Positions 17,598-25,403 of a stretch of 38,409 nucleotides of DNA are shown here, one piece after another. The DNA comes from an uncultured Candidatus Saccharibacteria bacterium. GTDB taxonomy: Bacteria > Patescibacteriota > Minisyncoccia > Phycocordibacterales > PALSA-1337. The DNA is taken from positions 1-38,409 of the forward strand of contig CAYHTR010000002.1 in NCBI GenBank assembly GCA_964359745.1, given 5' to 3'. The stretch's first letter is position 1. Every line of letters begins with the position of its first letter. The notes below the pieces were generated by a model. The model was not told the DNA's origin and did not search any database. It saw only the letters and a list, made by a program, of their open reading frames with translations. The position numbers and the translations under genes are program-made.

Positions 17598-18140
17598 TTA
17601 TTTCGTCAATATGAAAATTAAATCTTCTGTTTTTAAAAAACCATCAATACTAAAATCGCTTTTTAAAGAAGTATTGTAAAACGCTTTCATAAGAATACTT
17701 TTGCAACCAGCGTTTTTTGCCGCTTCGGTATCATTTTCAGTATCGCCAATAAAAAAAGATTGTGAAAGATCAATATTCCATTTTTTTTCTGCATCAATAA
17801 GCATTCCAGGTTTTGGTTTTCTGCAATTACAATTTTCATTCGGATGATGAAAACATATAAAAATATCATCAAAAGGCAATCTTGCCACCTTATCTTGTAT
17901 ATAATCAAAATCTTCCTGATTTATATTTCCATATTTAATGTCTGGCTGATTAGTCGCAAGAATCGCCAAATATCCAAGTTTTTTTACGGCTTCAATAGCT
18001 TCCTTAATGCCCGGCAAAAAACCACTTTTTTCATCAAATTCTTTTTTGCTATATGGAGGAGTGATTTTACCATTACGAATAATGGTTTTTAAAATAACCC
18101 CATCTCTATCAAAAAACACCGCTTTTTTCTTTATTCTCAT
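17598..18140 (-). CDS. gmhB: D-glycero-D-manno-heptose 1,7-bisphosphate phosphatase (HAD superfamily, GmhB)
   Basis: 180 aa. VFFDRDGVI (DxD nucleophile motif) and CFHHPNENCNCRKPKPGML (the GmhB/HisB-N zinc-finger insert). Confidence 0.9.
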   Translation of the reverse strand: MRIKKKAVFFDRDGVILKTIIRNGKITPPYSKKEFDEKSGFLPGIKEAIEAVKKLGYLAILATNQPDIKYGNINQEDFDYIQDKVARLPFDDIFICFHHPNENCNCRKPKPGMLIDAEKKWNIDLSQSFFIGDTENDTEAAKNAGCKSILMKAFYNTSLKSDFSIDGFLKTEDLIFILTK

Positions 18141-18313
18141 ATTCGTTTTTCAAACGCGAGAAAATCTCCACCACTTGCCCTATCCCATAACAATAATTCT
18201 TCGCGAAGTGTAACTGAGGTTGAATTAAACAATGCTTGTTCTTTTGAAACACCGAGTTTTTTTACAACATTTGAAAGTGCTTTTTCTGCTTTTATTTTAG
18301 ATATCATTTTCAT
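18137..18313 (-). CDS. small hypothetical protein (58 aa) translationally coupled to gmhB
   Basis: ORF 18137-18367, probable ATG at 18313 (MKMISKIKAEK). ATGA overlap with the gmhB start. No family recognised, so it could be a relic. Confidence 0.3.
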   Translation of the reverse strand: MKMISKIKAEKALSNVVKKLGVSKEQALFNSTSVTLREELLLWDRASGGDFLAFEKRI

Positions 18314-18499
18314 ACTTACATTATTACAGAAAAAAAGAAAATTAAATACTTGACTATTTATAAACAATATGCTAGATTACTTCTCAGATAGAGAAGCCAC
18401 CCTATCTCGATTGCAATGAAAAACTTTGTAGCTCGTTTGAAACGAAGCTAGAGATGAGCATGAAGCTCCGTTGGTCGAAAAAGGCATTAGTTCGTTGAT

Positions 18500-19102
18500 A
18501 TGAAATCTATTAAAACCCAAACTGATGTACGCCTCGTTGAAGCGTATATTCTCACCAAAATAGAAAAACACGACTATCAAGGAAACCCAGACCCACTAAA
18601 ACAAGCAATTCTTAATCAACCTTTGTATGTGTACGAAAATCGAAGAAAGTTTTTCTTGGTTCTTAGTATCATTATCCAAATAATCATACCCTTTTTTTGT
18701 TACTGGGCATCGTGGTCATTAACATTAAAAGGATCAGACTGTGTATCTTTTACCGCAATAATGTGGCTCACGTTTGGAGGCCTCGCCCTACTTCTAAGCG
18801 TCATAATGTCATTTCATTTCGGTCCCAGTGAATTAGTCTTAGGATGGAAGAGGGACTGCTTGAATTTTGAACAGAAATTCAACACAACCGCACCTGACGA
18901 ATGTACTTTCGATGTGCTTTCCGAAATTGCGGATGATGAGCTAATGAAAAAGGCGGGTGAAGTGCAACACTATGAGAAAGGAAATGACACCAGAAACAAA
19001 TTCATGCATCAGGTGACACGAGATCAGTTTAAAGAAATGTACCACGCAGCATCCAGTCTCGGCCTTCATATCAGAGAGGTAAAAGACTATTTCATGGTCT
19101 AA
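18500..19102 (+). CDS. hypothetical membrane protein (two predicted TM helices), orphan
   Basis: 200 aa. Hydrophobic segments FFLVLSIIIQIIIPFFCYW and AIMWLTFGGLALLLSVIMSF. Sample line is about 43% GC. It is the only plus-strand gene between 13800 and 25356. Confidence 0.5.
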   Translation: MKSIKTQTDVRLVEAYILTKIEKHDYQGNPDPLKQAILNQPLYVYENRRKFFLVLSIIIQIIIPFFCYWASWSLTLKGSDCVSFTAIMWLTFGGLALLLSVIMSFHFGPSELVLGWKRDCLNFEQKFNTTAPDECTFDVLSEIADDELMKKAGEVQHYEKGNDTRNKFMHQVTRDQFKEMYHAASSLGLHIREVKDYFMV

Positions 19103-19125
19103 ATAAAACCTGTAAAATTCAATCG

Positions 19126-19156
19126 TCGCGCGCTCTCGTAGCACGCGATTTTTTAT
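19126..19156 (+). terminator. rho-independent terminator of the orphan membrane gene
   Basis: GC-rich stem TCGCG(C)GCT / AGC(A)CGCGA with one internal mismatch and a 5-nt loop, followed by TTTTTTAT. Confidence 0.65.
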
Positions 19157-19159
19157 TTC

Positions 19160-20143
19160 TTATGGTTTAATTATATGAACTCTGGCGCCTTGGGTATCTA
19201 ATTTAAAATCCATTTCACGCATTTTGAAAGATTCAAGAGCTTTTTGAACTTTAGTTTTTATTTTTTGAGAAGGACAATAAAACATAAAATAACCGCCCCC
19301 GCCTGCGCCCATAATTTTTCCACCAAGAGCACCAGCTTTGCGAGCTTTCTCATATATTTCATTAAAAAGATCACTACTCATTTTATTAGACATAGTTTTT
19401 TTAATCTCCCAATGTTCATTCATAAGTTTTCCAAAACTATCCAAATCTCCTTTGATAAAACATTTCAAAATTTCTTTGCCTATTGTTTTTGTTTTATGTT
19501 TTGATTCCAGTATTTTGGTTTGATTTTGTTCAGCCAAAATATGCTTGCTTTCACGAACCACTCCAGTGTAATAAAACAAACTATTATTAAAAAACTTCGT
19601 CACAGTTTTTTGTTCAATTTTTGGCTTTTTTATTTTTATATCACCATTTTTATCTATTTCCAAAACAACAAAACCACCAAGCGAACAAACATAGGGATCT
19701 TGCACACCGTCAGGTAATTCAAGTGCACGAGTTAATTTAAAAGATTGCTCCGCCGCGCTTTTATTACTCATTTTATTACCTCGAAAAGCTGATAACCCTT
19801 TCATAACCGCAACTGCGCAAGCTCCAGACGAGCCAAGTCCTGTGCCTGCTGGGGTATCAGCTTTAAAAGTTATCGCCACTTTATTTTTTATATCGTGCAT
19901 TATAAGTGCTTGGCGGGCTATTTCGTGACTAATATCTTCCACTCTAGTAACTGATTCAAAATTTTTATAATGAACATGAATAAAATCATCAGATCTCGGC
20001 TCTTTTATAAATACATCCATATAAAGATTTATTGTAACCCCAAATATAAAACCGCCGTGTTTTTCGTAATAAGAAGGTAAATCGGTAGAACCACCACCTA
20101 AAGACAGCCGAAACGGTACACGACTAATAATAATTTTTGACAT
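19160..20143 (-). CDS. hddA: GHMP-family sugar kinase, D-glycero-alpha-D-manno-heptose-7-phosphate kinase (HddA)-like
   Basis: 327 aa. N-terminus RVPFRLSLGGGSTDLPSYY and GHMP motif PAGTGLGSSGACAVAV. Sits in a heptose-pathway gene context. Confidence 0.75.
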   Translation of the reverse strand: MSKIIISRVPFRLSLGGGSTDLPSYYEKHGGFIFGVTINLYMDVFIKEPRSDDFIHVHYKNFESVTRVEDISHEIARQALIMHDIKNKVAITFKADTPAGTGLGSSGACAVAVMKGLSAFRGNKMSNKSAAEQSFKLTRALELPDGVQDPYVCSLGGFVVLEIDKNGDIKIKKPKIEQKTVTKFFNNSLFYYTGVVRESKHILAEQNQTKILESKHKTKTIGKEILKCFIKGDLDSFGKLMNEHWEIKKTMSNKMSSDLFNEIYEKARKAGALGGKIMGAGGGGYFMFYCPSQKIKTKVQKALESFKMREMDFKLDTQGARVHIIKP

Positions 20144-20146
20144 ATT

Positions 20147-22129
20147 TTAAAGTATAAGCTTTTTTAATTTTTTGGCTATAGTAACAGAAGTTATGATTTT
20201 TCCTTCAAGCACAGAAAAACAACCAAATCCGTGCTTGGCAATACTTGTAACCCTATCATCATTTTTTCTGGAAGACATATCTATGGTAAGAGCCACAAAT
20301 ATTGATTTTATATATTTAGCTTGTTTCAAGATAGGCAACCATTTTGAACATCGTTTTAACATTTTTAATATTCTTGGCTTAACATTTTTTTTCCAATTTT
20401 GAAAATCTTTATCAGAATATATTTTTTTTGAAGAATGAACCGAAAGAGGTACATCACCGAATGTATAAAAATCAGTATTGCCAATCGGAACAATTGTGGC
20501 AAAAGGTCCATCAACAATCATAACCGCCTGAGGTTTTGGTCCTTTTATTTGTATTATCGAAAACTCTTTAAATCTAAATTCCAATTCTCTTTTAGCAAAA
20601 CCGAGCATATCAACAATAGTATTATAATTAGCATATGTGGCATTAATTACATAATCAAATACTTCAATTTTATGGCCACCGTTTGAATTAAAAGTCAGCA
20701 TTTTTTTGCCATCTTTTATTATTTTTATTTTTTTTACTTCCGCTCCAAGTTTTAATGATACATTTTTATTTTCAATTCCTTTTTTCATCAATCTTTTTAA
20801 AATATTGTAGTCATAAACTGCTTCATTTGTTTTTATACAAGTACTCACTTCATCTTTATTAAGAAAATCATCATTAGGATATTCTTCTTTATAAACAAGA
20901 TTATTATCTTTGCATACTTGACGAAATTCATCACTGGTAATTTTTGAATCACTTTTAGAAACAGCAATATAACTTGGTATTTTTACAATCGCTTTACCAT
21001 ATATTTTCTCAAAATCAGCCGTTGATTCTTTAATTTGTTTTATTGTCTCTGGACTTCTCGGATAATGATAACCTTGATGGTGACGATATTGATTAGCATA
21101 TGACGCTTCAGTAAGAATATCTTTATGTCTTTCAAAAATAGTTACTTTAAATTTCTCTCCAAGAATAGATGCTGTAGTCATTCCAAAAATACCAGCGCCT
21201 ATAATTGCAATATTGGGTTTTATTTGATGAGCCATAGATTGCTCCGCAATTGAAATAATTCGCACACCGACTTCCCCATCTGGAAAAATCTTTTTTTTAT
21301 TACTTATGACATCAATAAAACATTTAATTTCTTCTTCAAGCGGTTCATTCCCTTCAGCTTTTATTATTTTTTGCTCACCATTACGATAAATAATTTTTAA
21401 TTCCCAATTATCAAAATCAGCTGTAATAAAACTTATATCGCTTTTTTTAAAATAAAATCTTAGTAAACGTTCTTTTTTTTCACTTTCCCAACCAATTTTT
21501 AAAGAAACATTAAGATTTTTTTCATATCTGAGATCAACATTTGTTATTTTTTCAATTTGACGAGACCAAACAACAGACGGGCTTTTTTTATAAAGGGCAT
21601 CAATAATATCAAAAAGATGCAGTAATTCCATAGGTCCAGATAAACCAGTATCAAATTTTATAGGACTTATGAAAAATCCTTCTATTTTTTCTACATTATT
21701 AGATTTTAGTAGATATTCTTTTAATAAAATAAGAAGAGGATGAAAACGAAAAATATGGCCAACCATAAGCTTTTTTTTATGTTTTTTAGCTAAATCGGCA
21801 AGTTTTTTTGCGTCTTTATAATTATCAGCAAGAGGTTTTTCTACAAAAACATCAACGAAAGGCAAACATTTTTTTACTATTTCAAAATGAGTATCCATTG
21901 GCGTGACAATATCTACCGCATCAACTTCTTGCAAAATATTTTCAGTAATCTCTGTAAAAACAGGTACATCAAACTCTTTAATAATTTGTTGTTTGGATTT
22001 TTCTGATTTTACCACAACCCCATATAAAGAAAGCAAATTTTGTTTATCAAGTAATTTAAGTACTCGTAAATGATTTCTACCAAAACGGCCAGCTCCTATC
22101 AAGAGAATTTTTATTTTTCTATTATTCAT
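20147..22129 (-). CDS. two-domain oxidoreductase fusion: N-terminal Gfo/Idh/MocA NAD(P)-binding oxidoreductase and C-terminal FAD-dependent (DAO-like) oxidoreductase
   Basis: 660 aa in a single ORF. First Rossmann motif KILLIGAGRFGRNH with EKPLA further on (residues 1 to ~290). Second dinucleotide motif NIAIIGAGIFGMTTASILGEKFKVTIFER begins near residue 305. Confidence 0.7.
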   Translation of the reverse strand: MNNRKIKILLIGAGRFGRNHLRVLKLLDKQNLLSLYGVVVKSEKSKQQIIKEFDVPVFTEITENILQEVDAVDIVTPMDTHFEIVKKCLPFVDVFVEKPLADNYKDAKKLADLAKKHKKKLMVGHIFRFHPLLILLKEYLLKSNNVEKIEGFFISPIKFDTGLSGPMELLHLFDIIDALYKKSPSVVWSRQIEKITNVDLRYEKNLNVSLKIGWESEKKERLLRFYFKKSDISFITADFDNWELKIIYRNGEQKIIKAEGNEPLEEEIKCFIDVISNKKKIFPDGEVGVRIISIAEQSMAHQIKPNIAIIGAGIFGMTTASILGEKFKVTIFERHKDILTEASYANQYRHHQGYHYPRSPETIKQIKESTADFEKIYGKAIVKIPSYIAVSKSDSKITSDEFRQVCKDNNLVYKEEYPNDDFLNKDEVSTCIKTNEAVYDYNILKRLMKKGIENKNVSLKLGAEVKKIKIIKDGKKMLTFNSNGGHKIEVFDYVINATYANYNTIVDMLGFAKRELEFRFKEFSIIQIKGPKPQAVMIVDGPFATIVPIGNTDFYTFGDVPLSVHSSKKIYSDKDFQNWKKNVKPRILKMLKRCSKWLPILKQAKYIKSIFVALTIDMSSRKNDDRVTSIAKHGFGCFSVLEGKIITSVTIAKKLKKLIL

Positions 22130-23048
22130 TTTTTATAATATCCTTAACCATATACGGGGAACGGTCAGGATTATCATAATAAATACGCAACATCATTTCA
22201 GCTAAAAGTCCTATCATAAAAAGCAAAACACCGAGAATAGCAAAAAGTGTTCCGACAGTTGGAAGTGGTGTTTCGGTAATATTTAAAATATGCATTAATC
22301 TAAGCCAAACAGAAAAACCAAAAGCTATTAAAGCTAAAATCATACAAACTAAACCCCAACCACCAAAAAAACGAAGTGGTTTTGAGAAATATTTAACAAA
22401 AAATGCTACACTTAAAAAATCAAAAACTCCTTTAATCATTTTTGAAATGCGAATTTTTGACACACCCACTTGACGATAATGATATGTGACTGGAACTTCT
22501 GTAATTTTTGCTCCTCTTTCTTTTGCTACCGCAACAAGAAAAACTTGCGATTCGCCTCGCAAACGAAAATCTTTTATAAACTTACTTCTGTACGCTTTGA
22601 GTCCACAGCCAAGGTCGTGAACTGAAATACCTAAAATCAATCTCGCACACCAGTTGGCAAAGGCAGAAAATAACATACGACTAAAAGCATCTTTGCGGTT
22701 TTTTCTTAAACCAATAACAACATCAAATCCTTCTTCCATTTTTTTAAGAAGGGTTATAATTTCAGCCGGGTCATTTTGCAAATCAGCATCAAGCAATACA
22801 ATTATATCGCCCCGCGAAATATATATTCCCATATCGATTGTCGCTGTCTGTCCATAATTGCGTTGAAGAGAAACCAGTTTGAGAGGTTTAAGTTTTGAAG
22901 CAATTTCTTTTGTCTTATCTCTTGAACAATCATTGACAAATATAATCTCATATTGCTCTTTTTGAGACCTCATAACATCAAAAATGCGCCTATAAAGCTC
23001 AACAACAGTCTTTTCTTCGTTAAAAATAGGCACAATAACGGATATCAT
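22122..23048 (-). CDS. glycosyltransferase family 2, polyprenyl-phosphate sugar synthase type (GtrB/ArnC/DPM1-like) with C-terminal TM helices
   Basis: 308 aa. ISVIVPIFNEE, FVNDCSRDKT, LLDADLQNDP, and two C-terminal hydrophobic helices. 8-nt overlap with the downstream fusion gene. Confidence 0.85.
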   Translation of the reverse strand: MISVIVPIFNEEKTVVELYRRIFDVMRSQKEQYEIIFVNDCSRDKTKEIASKLKPLKLVSLQRNYGQTATIDMGIYISRGDIIVLLDADLQNDPAEIITLLKKMEEGFDVVIGLRKNRKDAFSRMLFSAFANWCARLILGISVHDLGCGLKAYRSKFIKDFRLRGESQVFLVAVAKERGAKITEVPVTYHYRQVGVSKIRISKMIKGVFDFLSVAFFVKYFSKPLRFFGGWGLVCMILALIAFGFSVWLRLMHILNITETPLPTVGTLFAILGVLLFMIGLLAEMMLRIYYDNPDRSPYMVKDIIKNE

Positions 23049-23057
23049 AATCGGCTC

Positions 23058-23063
23058 ATTATA
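23058..23063 (-). promoter_or_regulatory. TATAAT -10 box (minus strand) about 9 nt upstream of the GT2 start codon
   Basis: The minus strand reads ...CCCCGTTTTTTTTATATAATGAGCCGATTATG. The box lies directly downstream of the terminator hairpin. Confidence 0.35.
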
Positions 23064-23092
23064 TAAAAAAAACGGGGTTTTATCAACCCCGT
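23064..23092 (-). terminator. rho-independent terminator of the radical SAM gene
   Basis: The minus strand reads ACGGGGTT GATAA AACCCCGT followed by TTTTTTTT: an 8-bp perfect stem starting about 10 nt after the stop codon. Confidence 0.75.
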
Positions 23093-23101
23093 CTGTGTTT
23101 C

Positions 23102-24649
23102 TTAACTTTTTACAGCCAATTCCGCCGCACCGGACTGCCAGCGGTGTCCTGCACTCGCTTCAATCCGCGAACGAATGTACTCTTTTGAATTTGCGTAACC
23201 CCACCCCCAATCCCGAAGTTCGACGATCTTTTCTGGAGCCACAGCGGTGTTTTTCATCACCGCATGCTTCCAATTTAAAAGATCTGAGTCAAAATCACGA
23301 CTGAGATGACCATTGGCAATCGCATATTCAAACAATTTTGAGCCCGGAAATGGAATAGGAATGAAAAATGTGCAATACGGAGCGCCGGCTTCGACGATCT
23401 CTTTGCCCATTTCAATACTATTTCTGATTTCATCTTCCGTTTCGTCCGGAAACCCAATCATCATGTTGATCGGCGAAACAATACCGAGTTCCGCCGCGAT
23501 TTTCACCAAGTCAAAAATATCGAGTCGATCGTGATGCAATTTACCCGTCGCATATTTGTTTAGAATACGCTGATTGGCAGATTCCACCGGAAACACAATT
23601 TGGTCAAAACCAGAATCCCGCAAAAGTGCAAGGTAGTCCTTGTCAATTACGAGACGATTTCCTTCGCGTTTCTGTAGATGGACTAAGTTGACCCCGTTTA
23701 TTGCTCCGATGGTGAATCCCATAGCACGCATTCTAGTGAAAATCTCCACTATGCGTGCTTTGTTTGCGAGAAGCGAATCATCTTCAAAGAAGAGCTTTGT
23801 AACGCCCAACTTTTTCAAACGACTGACTTCTTCCATAACCCTCTCAATTGACTTGAGACGCAAAGAGCCAATACCCCCACTATCTCCTTCTCTTTCTTTT
23901 TCAGTAGAGATATGACAATACCAACACTTGAACGGACATCCTCGTGACGTCGCAATTGGAGCATATCTGCCCGGATTAATGGACAGAACGGCATGGCTTG
24001 AACTGATTCCGTCATAGTGTTTGAACGGCAATTTTTCCCAAGCAGGAAAAGGTAAACCGTCCAAGTCTTGATAGACATCTTCAGGAACAAGCGGTTTACG
24101 GATTATTTTTCCGTCTCGCATTGTTATGACCCCGGAAACTTCCGCAAGGTCTTCTCCCTTAAGCCAAGCATGTATCATATTGACCATTATCCGTTCTCCT
24201 TCTGTCGAACAGATAGCATCAATGTTGCCGTGTTTCAAAAGGCGTTCTGGCATATTTCGAGCATTCACTCCGCCCGAAAGCACCAAAATATCCCGAGAAA
24301 TGGCTTTTACTGTTGCCGCCACTTCAAGGACAATTCTGATTTGCGGGGTAAAGTTTGAGCTTATTCCCACAATGTTATAATTACCATTCGCAACAAAATC
24401 ACGAATACTTTCAATCGTCATACCAATTCGGACCAAGCCATTGGCTTGCATCTCGCTTCGATAAAACGTTTCCTTCAGATTTGAATCTTCAGGACCAACT
24501 GAGGCATCGAGGATATCTGTTTCATATCCCGCCTTTTCTAGAGCTCCAGCCAGATAAATCGGTCCCAAAGAACCGTCTGGCCGAGGCGTCTCGATTGACA
24601 TAAGCTGATTTGGTGGGTATATCAGCAATACTTTTGGTTGTTTCTTCAT
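23102..24649 (-). CDS. B12-binding domain-containing radical SAM enzyme (class B radical SAM family)
   Basis: 515 aa. The N-terminal region has the layout of a cobalamin-binding Rossmann-like domain (VLLIYPP...YLAGALEKAGYETDILD). CxxxCxxC cluster motif SRGCPFKCWYCH. Sample lines are 40-57% GC. Confidence 0.88.
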   Translation of the reverse strand: MKKQPKVLLIYPPNQLMSIETPRPDGSLGPIYLAGALEKAGYETDILDASVGPEDSNLKETFYRSEMQANGLVRIGMTIESIRDFVANGNYNIVGISSNFTPQIRIVLEVAATVKAISRDILVLSGGVNARNMPERLLKHGNIDAICSTEGERIMVNMIHAWLKGEDLAEVSGVITMRDGKIIRKPLVPEDVYQDLDGLPFPAWEKLPFKHYDGISSSHAVLSINPGRYAPIATSRGCPFKCWYCHISTEKEREGDSGGIGSLRLKSIERVMEEVSRLKKLGVTKLFFEDDSLLANKARIVEIFTRMRAMGFTIGAINGVNLVHLQKREGNRLVIDKDYLALLRDSGFDQIVFPVESANQRILNKYATGKLHHDRLDIFDLVKIAAELGIVSPINMMIGFPDETEDEIRNSIEMGKEIVEAGAPYCTFFIPIPFPGSKLFEYAIANGHLSRDFDSDLLNWKHAVMKNTAVAPEKIVELRDWGWGYANSKEYIRSRIEASAGHRWQSGAAELAVKS

Positions 24650-24675
24650 TTAAAGACCTTTCTAAAGCCAGAATA

Positions 24676-25356
24676 TCACAAGATATTAAATTTTGCGACA
24701 TCTTCTGCTGTTGAAAGAGAAACATCTGGAATACCAAGCACTGCATAAACATCATTATCTTTTAAAAATTGTCCCAACATTGAAGTTAAATAATACTCTC
24801 CTTTATTATGAAGCCACGGCTTATATTTAAAAATACTGTCATCTACAAGCATTACACTTCCAGCAGAAATAAATGGAGGTTTAGAACCGCCTCTTTTTTC
24901 CGAAACTTTTATTATTTTACCGGATTTATCAAGTTTAACCACACCAGTAGGAATGGAATAAGTAAAAGAATGACAAACCCAACTATATTCATTTTTTAGA
25001 CAAAGCTTTATTTCCTCTTTTGTTGTAAAAGCGTCGCCGTAAACAACAAAAAATCTCTCTTTATTATTGTTTTTAAAAAGATGTTTAGTCTTGAGAAGAG
25101 CATCTGCTGTGCCTAACGGTTTTTCTTGTTCAACATAAGTAATAGAATGATTGAGATATTTTTTTTTAAGATGATTTTTTATTTGTTCGCCTTTATATCC
25201 AATTACTATAATAAATTCATTTACAATTTTTGGAAAAGAATCAATAATGTGTTCAATAAAAGGTTTTCCACGAACTAAAACAAGTGGTTTTGGAATTTCA
25301 TCGGTAAGTGGAGCCATACGAACACCTTTTCCTGCGGCAAGTATTACAGCTTTCAT
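24676..25356 (-). CDS. hddC: sugar-1-phosphate nucleotidylyltransferase, D-glycero-alpha-D-manno-heptose-1-phosphate guanylyltransferase (HddC)-like
   Basis: 226 aa. MKAVILAAGKGVRMAPLTDEIPKPLV NTP-transferase signature. The size and gene context fit HddC, but nucleotide specificity cannot be read from the sequence. Confidence 0.65.
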   Translation of the reverse strand: MKAVILAAGKGVRMAPLTDEIPKPLVLVRGKPFIEHIIDSFPKIVNEFIIVIGYKGEQIKNHLKKKYLNHSITYVEQEKPLGTADALLKTKHLFKNNNKERFFVVYGDAFTTKEEIKLCLKNEYSWVCHSFTYSIPTGVVKLDKSGKIIKVSEKRGGSKPPFISAGSVMLVDDSIFKYKPWLHNKGEYYLTSMLGQFLKDNDVYAVLGIPDVSLSTAEDVAKFNIL

Positions 25357-25403
25357 ATTCCAATACTACACAAACAATAATAAATATGCAACAATAAAGA
25401 CCT

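Noticed and set aside
21291-21790. Long A/T homopolymer tracts (8-9 nt) inside coding regions, and a G6 tract at about 38112-38117, as phase-variation switches
   Set aside because: In DNA of about 27% GC with Lys/Phe-rich proteins, A8-9/T8-9 runs are expected by composition and occur in many genes here. The G6 tract is shorter than tracts usually associated with slipped-strand phase variation. There is no evidence of frameshifted ORFs.
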